Below, piece after piece: positions 11,868 to 21,700 of a stretch of 64,000 nt of DNA. Made by a program: the position numbers and the translations under genes. Origin of the DNA: Histomonas meleagridis 2922-C6/04-290x (lineage: Eukaryota > Protista > Parabasalia). The stretch spans positions 496,001 to 560,000 of the forward strand of contig JAANOX010000153.1 of NCBI GenBank assembly GCA_020184695.1. The letters run 5' to 3'. The notes below the pieces were generated by a model. The model did not search any database. It had not been told where the DNA came from and saw only the letters and a program-made list of their open reading frames with translations. The stretch's first letter is position 1. Every line of letters begins with the position of its first letter.

Positions 11868-12328
11868 TTACAAAAATATCGAACAAACCTCCTCAAATCA
11901 TTTTCGAGCTGATAACACCAAAAATTTGCAATATATTTTTGAAATAAAAAGGATTGATATCAAAATTACTTCTTTTTTGAGAGGCTGTCCTATGCACATG
12001 TTCCTTAAAAACAAAATTTAAACTATTAAAATTTAAAAGATACAAAACATTAAACATTTCCGCATAAATTGTTATTTGATTATCCTATAAATTGTATAAC
12101 ATTTTTTTACAGTTCCTTTTTTCGACCCCATCATCCTAAAAGGAGTTGTGAATGTTTCGTTTTTCATGTTTGTATTCTCCTTTGCTTAATCCCAAAGAAT
12201 ATCATTCCATTTTTTTGTTAATACATGACCTTCAAATTGACTTGCTTCTCTTTGTTCTTAGAGGTAACCCCAATTCCTCATATGAAGGTTGTGAACAATT
12301 TTACATATGTAATCTGTGTTTCTATCAG

Positions 12329-13436
12329 TTATTTCAATTTCATTTGATGTATTTCTTTGATAAACTCATAAAATATCTGCAATCACAAATTGTTCCATTT
12401 GTATATCAAAACAATTAAAAATTCATTCTATATGTTGACTTAGCATTGAGAGTTTGTCTATACAACAACTCATAACAATTTGAAATTTTGAACTTTTCAT
12501 TTGTCAAAATTCTCATAAAAATATATTTTAATATTCAATATCAAAATATAATATATTTATTTATAATTTATTCATTCATTAATTTATGTTTTTTTGTTCA
12601 CTTATTTATTTATTTATTTATTTATTTAAATAGTGACAATGTTTCAACTGTTTCTACACTGACGATTTTGTCAACTGGAATATTGTTCGTCAGTTGATAT
12701 ATTTCTTGAATTGATTCTGTCGAAATAAGTTGTTGATATGTCGCAAGCAAAATAATACAATTTCGAATGCGCGGAATAAGATAAATCGATGATGGTTCTG
12801 TCGGTGATAACCAAATAACTCCATTAAGTCCAAAAATAAAATTAAATTGAAAATTATCAATTAAAAAACTAGAAATATGAAATTGAACTCGTTTGATCAA
12901 ACGTGATGGAACTTCAATAACAAAACCATTCTCAAGACGACGTGGATGTTGTTGGCGAGTATGAAGAAAAAAATGACTCCATCCGTTTGAATTTGTTGAA
13001 CTTCTGCACAAACAATATCTCCAACATCAAAATATTGACGCATATTTCGTTCATCTGTAGTAGTACGTCGTCGAAATTGATCATCTGGAAGATAAATAGA
13101 TGATAAACGAAGATTTGCTAAAACTGAACTTGATATTTGAACTTTCCATCGTTGTTTTAATACTTGTGAAATTCGCCCTACAACAATATCTCCTACATTG
13201 GCATAATAAATTGATGTAATTGGTGTTACTGAGATTAACTGACTAATTTGTGTAACATAACCACGAACTGTAGATATAATCTTCCCATCTCGAACTGATA
13301 CACCTGAACCACACATATAATTTTCAGTCGTATCTGAAATAACTTCACCTGGTAAAACAATTTGTTGATTTTCTTCCATTTTTATTTGACTGATCGACTA
13401 GTTATGAATTCAATTATTTGAATGAAGGGAACGTTA
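12329..13436 (-). repeat. ~1.1-kb inverted duplicate of 3685-4793
   Basis: Near-identical reverse complement with sharp ends. Differences seen are homopolymer lengths and (AAAT)7 versus (AAAT)6. Confidence 0.95.
12622..13379 (-). CDS. RRP4: Exosome subunit Rrp4, copy B (apparent +2 frameshift at ~12967-12973)
   Basis: Same sequence as copy A, with a T7 run where copy A has T5 (GTCATTTTTCTTCAT). 758 nt to the stop. Confidence 0.9.
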
Positions 13437-13540
13437 GGTATCGGCCAAGTCATAAATAAACGTTTTCATTTGACCAGATATGGTTTTATTTTCCTCTCAA
13501 TTCTATTGGTTTTATATTTTACAAAAAAACAACAAAATTT

Positions 13541-13813
13541 ATGACTTTAATACTTTTAGTCTTTGGAATAGTGCTCATGAAAAAGAAAGATAGATGTATC
13601 AAATATTGCAGGAGGTTATTTTATGGCGATCATAAAGAAATAAGTGAATGTAAATCGAAATGTAAAAATCTAGGCTCCCCTAAATATAAAGACAAAAAAA
13701 TCCTTAAAGAGATATCAAGTAAATGTATCAGTAATTGTAAGGTAGACTTTAAGCATCTAGAAGATGGACTCGAAAAATGTAAGGAAAAATGTAAATCCAT
13801 CAAAAAGATTTAA
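13541..13813 (+). CDS. Small cationic secreted-type protein with four CX3C motifs
   Basis: Hydrophobic N-terminus (MTLILLVFGIVLM) followed by CIKYC, CKSKC, CISNC and CKEKC; Lys-rich. Confidence 0.6.
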   Translation: MTLILLVFGIVLMKKKDRCIKYCRRLFYGDHKEISECKSKCKNLGSPKYKDKKILKEISSKCISNCKVDFKHLEDGLEKCKEKCKSIKKI

Positions 13814-14050
13814 TTACATATTACCAAGCGTATTGATGACAATGTACAAATGTGATGGGAACACTGTCTCATCAAAATTTTAATTTTCAGAAATAAATAT
13901 TTTTATACTTTCTTCATTTTTTAATATCTATTAGAAGAAAACAATAGTTGTACATTTTTATAGAACAAAATCTTAAGATTCTCTGTTTTTGGGTTTTATT
14001 TATTTTTGGGGCACCTCAGCCATTTTTCGGACACATTAAATTTTTTCAAC

Positions 14051-14902
14051 ATGAATGCATCTATCCAAGCAATTATTTTTTTGGCAAAGTCTGGGAAATT
14101 TGAATTTGCACTCGATGAGGCAATTAAAATTGCCAATGATTTAAAATCAGATTATCTTTATGAAATAATGGACATGTATCTGAAACTTGCAAATGTTGCT
14201 ATCCAACAAAAAAATACATACTATTGTGCCAGGTATGCTGAAGAATCAATATCAATTCATCCAGACTGTGAACCTTCAAACGAAATCAAATCACTTTTAA
14301 AACAATTTTTTTTATCAATTCCAACAAGCCTTTGCACTGATTACATATTTTCTGTCTACTCTTCTGCCATTCGTCTTATTGGAGATGAAACTCATGAAAT
14401 CAGATACCATCAAATCATCAGTTCCTTAGAGTCTCTTCCAGTGTGTTCATATGATCTAACCCAGAATGCTTTTCTTCTTTTATTTTCGGAATGCCTCAAA
14501 AATTCAGAAAATTTTGCCTTTCTCACACCTAAAATTTATGAAATGTTTTCTAATTTTCTTTGGAAATGTTCAATTGTCATTGGCGATGCTCACACAATTA
14601 ACACATTCCTCATTAGAGCCGTTCTTTGCGTCGCCTCGAGAGGTGATCGCGAATTATCTCCACTTGCAGCACGAAATCTATATGAAACAATAAAAACAAC
14701 CAAACCAGAGAGTATTGATGAATCAATTTTTGATCATCCATTATCACGATTTGGTAATTTTCTTACGACATCATTACTTTCTCATAACTTTGATTCATAT
14801 AATAGGGTATGTTACTGTTATGAAAAGTTATTAATGCAGGACGTTGAAATCCCAATTTTTATGGATGAAATATTCCAAAAGCATTTCAAAAATGCACAAT
14901 GA
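14051..14902 (+). CDS. Alpha-helical protein, Get4/TRC35-like
   Basis: Intact ORF from ATG 14051. The C-terminal HPLSRFGNFLTTSLLSHNFDSYNRVCYCYEKLLMQDVEIPIFMDEIFQKHF resembles the Get4 C-terminus (PLLNF..LL.......F..LC..Y...L..D......LD.I...FF). Confidence 0.45.
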   Translation: MNASIQAIIFLAKSGKFEFALDEAIKIANDLKSDYLYEIMDMYLKLANVAIQQKNTYYCARYAEESISIHPDCEPSNEIKSLLKQFFLSIPTSLCTDYIFSVYSSAIRLIGDETHEIRYHQIISSLESLPVCSYDLTQNAFLLLFSECLKNSENFAFLTPKIYEMFSNFLWKCSIVIGDAHTINTFLIRAVLCVASRGDRELSPLAARNLYETIKTTKPESIDESIFDHPLSRFGNFLTTSLLSHNFDSYNRVCYCYEKLLMQDVEIPIFMDEIFQKHFKNAQ

Positions 14903-15088
14903 GTGCACATATTTATAAACGATAAAGTTCATTGAAGTTAACGTTTTTTGGAGTGCCCTGTTTGACATTTTCTCAGAATTAAATGCTTACGATAAGTATT
15001 GTGCAGATCAAGTTTTATTCAAATAACCATAAACTGTCAAGTAAACCATTGATTTCTGCTATCACTTTTTGTCAATTTTGGTTACGAT

Positions 15089-16168
15089 ATGTTCCCCGAA
15101 CCTTCCCGTTATGATTCCCGTGTACCAGTAATTTATCCACTGGTCATAAATAGCAATGAGGACAACCCGATTGATGTCGAAAAAATACAGCAAATGGCAT
15201 CAACAGGTCTTGATACTTTTCCAGATATTGACAGATTTTACTGTTGGCTTGTTTTACTGGGGATATTCCCTAACCAATTCACTAAGTGGGCGGATACTCT
15301 TCGAGAACTAAAGGCTCAATATGATGATTACGTTAATTTCACAAATTTAGGAAATTGGCATAAGGAATACATATTACCAAACACAACAATTGATGACTTT
15401 CAAGAAAACCACGCTCTTGGTATCATTCATCTTGATATTGTTCGGAGCGGTAGATTATTTTATTTCTTACCACCTCGACCAATCAAAAATGTCACCATAA
15501 AAGTTCCAGAGGAAGACATTTTATTTGAATTTCAAGAACATCTTCGTCGTCTAGAGCGAATACTTCATACATTTCGCGTATTACATTCAGGCCTTGGCTA
15601 TATGCAAGGGTTTAATGAAATCACAATTATCATTTACTATGTTCTTTCCAAGCCGTGGGTTACAATTGAGAAGACAATCAGCGATGAAGCTCTTGATATT
15701 GTTGAATGTTTAACATTTCATTGTTTCCAAAAACTAATGACAGTTACACAGCTCCCAGAGTTTTATACCACCCAAGATGAGTCTTCTATCATTATGCATA
15801 AGCTCAAAACGTTTGATTCTTTGATTGCTATTCATCTTCCATATGCTCATGACGTAATCTCATCCTTAGGAATCCATCCTATCTTCTACTGTTTGAGATG
15901 GTTCACTCTTCTTTTTGCCCAAGAACATGATCTTCCGTCCTTGTTAATGATATGGGATTCAATATTTGCACACTTCAAGGACTTGACTGACTACCTGTTT
16001 TATGTTGGCTTAGGACACCTAAAGATGATCGAGTCGAAGCTTGACAAGAACCAGTACTCGACGACGATCGAAATTTTGCAGCATATGAAATTGAGCGGAA
16101 AAGTGAAACCGATACTATCGTTTGCCAATCAATGCTGGGAAATGGACAGGGGAACAAAGAAGCAATGA
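15089..16168 (+). CDS. TBC-domain Rab GTPase-activating protein
   Basis: IHLDIVRS (IxxDxxR), GYMQGFNE (YxQ) and FYCLRWFTLLFAQEHDLPSLLMIWDSIF. Confidence 0.92.
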   Translation: MFPEPSRYDSRVPVIYPLVINSNEDNPIDVEKIQQMASTGLDTFPDIDRFYCWLVLLGIFPNQFTKWADTLRELKAQYDDYVNFTNLGNWHKEYILPNTTIDDFQENHALGIIHLDIVRSGRLFYFLPPRPIKNVTIKVPEEDILFEFQEHLRRLERILHTFRVLHSGLGYMQGFNEITIIIYYVLSKPWVTIEKTISDEALDIVECLTFHCFQKLMTVTQLPEFYTTQDESSIIMHKLKTFDSLIAIHLPYAHDVISSLGIHPIFYCLRWFTLLFAQEHDLPSLLMIWDSIFAHFKDLTDYLFYVGLGHLKMIESKLDKNQYSTTIEILQHMKLSGKVKPILSFANQCWEMDRGTKKQ

Positions 16169-16574
16169 AATTGTTTGTATATGTGGTGGAAGTAAAATTA
16201 TTATCGTATACTAAAATAAATTAAAGGTAAAATTCTTATCGTTGTTTTAAATGAGTAAATATGAATTGGACGTTTCTATATATTTAATGTTTTGTCGATT
16301 TTTTACTTTATACATGAAATTATTCTATTAACATTTAAAAAAAATTCAGAATTTAGTATATTACTGACTTATTTGGTTCCTTTTTATATTTATTAAGCAT
16401 TTTTTAAATTTAAATGGATATTGATTATTGTTATTTACCAAATTATGCATTATGTCAAATTATTTTTATGAGTTTAGAAATAGTGAAAAGTAAGTAACGA
16501 AAATTATTAATATCCAATTTAACGATTTATCACATTTAATAAAAATAATACGAAATAAAACCGAGAATTTTATT

Positions 16575-19500
16575 TTAATAAATCACGTACTCCAAAGGAT
16601 TTTGTCCATTTCTTACAACGCAAATTTTCTTTTTTCCGTTATCTTTTGCCGCGTTTACCGACACCAAAACCTGACCTTTTTTGGCAACCAGCGCAAGCAG
16701 CATTGCATTCTCATAACACTCGGAAGTGCATCGTGAGTACTCTATTATACCGCTATCCTCATTCCCATTATTAATATTCGAGAATTTAAATCCTCCATAC
16801 GAACGAACTCTATCGAAATTCTTTTTATTTGATTTCGATATTTCTTTTGGCACCGAAACTTTAATATCGTTACCAAAGTCGATACCTATTTTTGCAATTT
16901 TTTTCCATTTATTACAAAACGACAAAATATTTTGGAATATTTTATCAACATTTGCATCAGCTACAAAACAAAACGAATTATTTCTCATATCGAACAACAT
17001 CAAGAACGGGAAATTCGAAATATTTTCGTAAAAATCCTTTTTGTTTAACTCAGACAACTCATTCACACATATCACATAACCCTCATTTAAAAAAGGTATA
17101 TCATTTGGATATAGTTTTGGAAGTCTATTTGATATTTCATTAAAGGTTTTAATTTTCAGCCAATCTTTATCATTATAAACTTCTTCTTGAATGAACAATT
17201 TATTTTTCGCGATGAAATTAAAAGAGAACATATGATTTAAGTATTTAACTTCCAATTTATTTGTTTTGTTTTCAAAGAATTGATTAACATTCATTGAATA
17301 ATCTTTTGTTTTATTTTTGTTATGATTTAATATTCGTTTTATCTTTTTTAATGATTTTGGTTTGACGCCTAAGAAATAATTATAATCGCCAATTACTTCT
17401 TTAACTTTATTTGAGTTTTTATGGAATTTGATGAAACAAAACGTTTTATTAAATGTTGGCTTACCTTTTATGAATGGAATCAATGACTTAAACTTCGATA
17501 TTGTTAATATTTTCTTATGCTTTCGTAACGATATTAATAAAGGATTCGAATTAATAGCTTTTTCGGGGATAAAACAAAACAAATGTTTCGAAGATCTTAA
17601 AAGTTTTGACGTCGAAATCATTATATATAAAAGGATTATATATGACAAAAACATCGCAAAAATTATTAACGAAATAGAATAATCACTTGTTGTGTTTATG
17701 TAATTGATATTAATTGTATAATTATTCATGTTTTGTTGATAAAAAGAATTAAAGTTAATATTAGTACCATTGTTATTGTTGGTCATTTTATAAGTTTCTG
17801 ATAACGATGAAGTAATTGTTTGAGTTTGGAACTCAAAAAATGTGTTTGCGTAATATAAAAATGTACTATTCTTTGTTGGTATTATATAATTCGCTTTTAT
17901 GTTTTGGATTTTGACGAAATCATAATTCTGTAAATGTAATTGAATGATATTAACAAATGTATAAATTAATGGAACACCAAAACATATACATAAAAAGATA
18001 TAAAAGTAAATGTAAATGTTATCTTTAAGTTTATATGTAAATAAATAATTTTTGGTGGCATTATTCAGATATTTATTAAAATATTGTGAGATTTTATGTA
18101 TAACTTTAGGTTGTATGATCTTTAATATAGCTTTAATTCGATTCTTGGCATAATTAAGGATGAAAAATGCAGAACTAATTAAAAATAACACATCAAAAAG
18201 TATCAAAAAAATATTGGCATGTAAATAAATTTCATGTTTTTCTTTTTTATCTTGTAGAAAATCATTTAATTCAGTTGTACATTCGATATAAATATCATTA
18301 AGTACACCACATAATAAAGGTATCGAATGATTCAAAATTGAATCACTATTCAAATAGAAACTTTTTGAAACGTTTATTATCGTAGAATAAATTGACAGTT
18401 GTTGATAAACTATTGAAAAGTACTTTGTAAAATTATTTATAAAATTAAGACTTAAATTTGTATTATCCAAAATGTTCTTATATCGAACTAATTGTATTTC
18501 AGAATCCAAAATCTTATTCATGATAAACACATGGAATAAACTCCATGAAGAAGAACTTAAATACATATTTTGGATTTTAGTCGTATCGAAATATGTTTTA
18601 TTTAATACATCAACAATTGCAATTATTTCATAATGAATAATTCCAATTTTTTGATATATATCTAAAGTTCGATTAATAAAATCAGAAATTTCATCTGATC
18701 TTTGTTTATTTTCGATATCCATTATTCTAATTTTTATTAAAACATAAAATATAAAAACGAAAAATATTGACGAAATCACTAAACAAATATTTAAAATTAA
18801 TGGCAAAAAGTTAAAATCATTAATTTTCTTAGGTGTTTCATATTTAGACATTGAACAAACGTTATATAATTCGTTAATAGGTTTAAATCCATCATTTATT
18901 ATATTATTATTATTTACATCCAAAGATAAATAATTAATTTTATTATTACTATTAATGTTATATGAATTAGATAATGAAAAAGGAAAAATATTTATAAAGT
19001 TTTGGAATAATAAATATGAAACATAATTATTACCTTCTGTGAACAAATATTTCGATTTTTGGAATAATTTATCACATTTAATATAATTATGTTTAAATTC
19101 CGCTTCGAATAATATTTGTTCTTGAATAATCGAATTACAAAACTTAAAAACGGATTTCATTTCGTACAATTTATTCTCTAAAGAATTTAAATATAAAAAT
19201 AATGATTTATCAAATTTCTCATTATTATTATTATCTTCCTCATCATTACCCAATAAACTCAACCAAAATTGTTTATTCTTTTTACTAAAAGAAGTAAATA
19301 ATGAGTAATAAACATTTAATTCTTTTTGGATAATCGGTGATAAAGGATATGACATTTGCATATAACAAAATATCATTTGGAACAAATATATTTGTGTAAC
19401 GAAACTAATTTTCTCATTATTACTTAACACATATAAAAAGAATTTATAAGAATTCGAATCTAATTTCCAAAAAATCGAATATAAAAAGACGCAATACTTT

Positions 19501-20606
19501 AAAATCCATTGATTATTAGGGAATCGATTTATACAAAACACTATAAATTGTTGATTTATAGCAAGTTTATTTCGATCTTGAAAAGCAGTCATAATCAATG
19601 ACTTTAACATGAACTCTTTTTTTAATTGTTCGACTGCTGCTTCGCAATCTTTATTCGTTAAAATTTCGGAATTTTTAATTTTATTTAATATTTGACGCGA
19701 TCGATTCTTTAATGGAGTTAAATGAATAGTGTTTAAGATAAAAAATGTTATTATCATACTTAAAATGATTAAAAAGATGAAAATATGATTTACATAATTA
19801 AAACGTGAAATTATTATTAATAAAACATTAATCGAATGAGTAATAAATAACGTGGAAAAAAAAATGTTCATTAAATCATACATAAATGGCCTGAAAAATA
19901 ATATACAAACACATATAATTATGTTAAATATTAAACAAATTATGAAAAATATCATAGCTATCGTAAACGATAAGCGATGATGTTCCATAGAAATAAATGT
20001 ACGAAGTAAAATAGTAAATGGATAAAAAAAGGAAATGCCATAAAACCATTCACATAATAATGGATTGGGATTGATGATTGAACATGTTTCAATCAAACAT
20101 AATAATGATACGATAAATAAATAGATGATATAAATGAAGCAAAAAATGAGCTGGATGTAGTTAAAAAAGGTGTAGGTGAGGTCGGCTTTGATGATGGAGA
20201 TAATTGCCTCGGAAAAAAAATATGAAATAATTAGAAAGAAAAAAACATGATAATGTGGAATATATAAAAAACGAAAACGAACAGACTTCAGTGGGTAGGT
20301 CAATGAATAGATAAAAAGTAAGATAAAAAGAATGATGAGAGTTCCTAAAATAATATAAAGATTTAATAAAATTGATGTGGTTTTTGGACCTTGGTCCCAT
20401 TCTAAAAACTTTGTAATGGAATATCCTTTAATGTATGGGAAAAAATCTATAAATAATTCAAAAATAGTATAAAATAAAATAAATATGATGTTTCTATTAA
20501 ATGAAATAGCCTTTTGAGTTTTGATTACTACTGAAAGTAAATAAAGCTGCCATTTTATATTGTTTCGAAATGATGTTTTCGAAGATCCAAGAGGAAAAAC
20601 ATCCAT
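16575..20606 (-). CDS. Large multi-pass membrane protein with a degenerate class III nucleotidyl-cyclase-like C-terminus
   Basis: Intact 1343-aa ORF with an N-terminal TM cluster, further TM helices, and C-terminal KIGIDFG and A.LLALVAKKGQVLVS resembling cyclase motifs. Typical of trichomonad receptor-cyclase families. Confidence 0.45.
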   Translation of the reverse strand: MDVFPLGSSKTSFRNNIKWQLYLLSVVIKTQKAISFNRNIIFILFYTIFELFIDFFPYIKGYSITKFLEWDQGPKTTSILLNLYIILGTLIILFILLFIYSLTYPLKSVRFRFLYIPHYHVFFFLIISYFFSEAIISIIKADLTYTFFNYIQLIFCFIYIIYLFIVSLLCLIETCSIINPNPLLCEWFYGISFFYPFTILLRTFISMEHHRLSFTIAMIFFIICLIFNIIICVCILFFRPFMYDLMNIFFSTLFITHSINVLLIIISRFNYVNHIFIFLIILSMIITFFILNTIHLTPLKNRSRQILNKIKNSEILTNKDCEAAVEQLKKEFMLKSLIMTAFQDRNKLAINQQFIVFCINRFPNNQWILKYCVFLYSIFWKLDSNSYKFFLYVLSNNEKISFVTQIYLFQMIFCYMQMSYPLSPIIQKELNVYYSLFTSFSKKNKQFWLSLLGNDEEDNNNNEKFDKSLFLYLNSLENKLYEMKSVFKFCNSIIQEQILFEAEFKHNYIKCDKLFQKSKYLFTEGNNYVSYLLFQNFINIFPFSLSNSYNINSNNKINYLSLDVNNNNIINDGFKPINELYNVCSMSKYETPKKINDFNFLPLILNICLVISSIFFVFIFYVLIKIRIMDIENKQRSDEISDFINRTLDIYQKIGIIHYEIIAIVDVLNKTYFDTTKIQNMYLSSSSWSLFHVFIMNKILDSEIQLVRYKNILDNTNLSLNFINNFTKYFSIVYQQLSIYSTIINVSKSFYLNSDSILNHSIPLLCGVLNDIYIECTTELNDFLQDKKEKHEIYLHANIFLILFDVLFLISSAFFILNYAKNRIKAILKIIQPKVIHKISQYFNKYLNNATKNYLFTYKLKDNIYIYFYIFLCICFGVPLIYTFVNIIQLHLQNYDFVKIQNIKANYIIPTKNSTFLYYANTFFEFQTQTITSSLSETYKMTNNNNGTNINFNSFYQQNMNNYTININYINTTSDYSISLIIFAMFLSYIILLYIMISTSKLLRSSKHLFCFIPEKAINSNPLLISLRKHKKILTISKFKSLIPFIKGKPTFNKTFCFIKFHKNSNKVKEVIGDYNYFLGVKPKSLKKIKRILNHNKNKTKDYSMNVNQFFENKTNKLEVKYLNHMFSFNFIAKNKLFIQEEVYNDKDWLKIKTFNEISNRLPKLYPNDIPFLNEGYVICVNELSELNKKDFYENISNFPFLMLFDMRNNSFCFVADANVDKIFQNILSFCNKWKKIAKIGIDFGNDIKVSVPKEISKSNKKNFDRVRSYGGFKFSNINNGNEDSGIIEYSRCTSECYENAMLLALVAKKGQVLVSVNAAKDNGKKKICVVRNGQNPLEYVIY

Positions 20607-21700
20607 TCATCTGATGACATGTTACGTGAAATTTTCAAAATTTGGAAATTTGTAAAAAAAAAAACAATTTATTAATGAATAGAAAAGTTTATTATATATT
20701 AGTGTTGTATATATTTAAATTGTTGTTTTTAATCTTTTGATTAATTGTGATGTTTGAATTGTTATATCGAATCTTTGATTCTTTTTTATGTATTAATTCA
20801 ACAATTTCGAGACAGAAAATCTCATGATTTTTTTCAGCATAAATAAGGAATACTCCATTCGTAATTGTTTTGAATTTTTTTCTGGATTGAATCTAAAGAT
20901 TTTTATGCATAGCTTTGTTTTATCTTTAACATTTCCTATTGTTATATATTTTTTGATTTATTTTTTTTTTTTGTATGAGTAAAATCTTGGCATATTTATA
21001 CAACTTTTTTTCAAAATTCAGCCTAACTTTATAAAAATTAATACTCAAATAAAAAAATATAATCAAATAACATATGTAATAATCAGAAAAGGAAAAATTG
21101 ACATTTTTTTTTCCATTCTTGTTTTAAATTGATGGAATTTTTAAAAATATACCTTTTTCACCTCATTTTGTCCAATAAAGATTTTCAATTTGTCATACAA
21201 GAGAATCAAAAAAATTGTACATTATAAAATATTGCATCATTTTTTATTAGCATATTTTTCTTCTTCAACCAATCAATGAATTTTATCTAAATAAAATCCC
21301 GAGTTTATTCAATGTTTTATATAGATATATTTTGCTTTGTTTTCTGGGATTTTGTTTTTATATCATGAATTGGACGAATTGAATATTTATATTGAACAAA
21401 ATGAGGTGAAAAAGGGATAATAATTTTATTGGCAACGATAAACATTAAAAATCCGCGCCATCACCCCAATGGTATACCAACAAAGAAATTTTTTTGATAT
21501 TTATTTTACTCTGCATAAAATCACCGGAATCATGAGGAGAATGTTGACCATACTGAACAACTTTAAAAAATTTTATTTTCAATTAATATTTAGTCAAAAC
21601 CACTCTGTATCGGATTATGCCTATCGTATGACATTTTTTTTGGTACTGACAATTGTATTTTCTCACAAATATTTAAACAGGGTTGTACATTATTTAATTG

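Noticed and set aside
12152-12420. Possible transposase remnant downstream of RRP4 copy B (partly shared with 4680-4793)
   Set aside because: Fragmentary frames with stops, and no recognisable catalytic motif, TIR or TSD.
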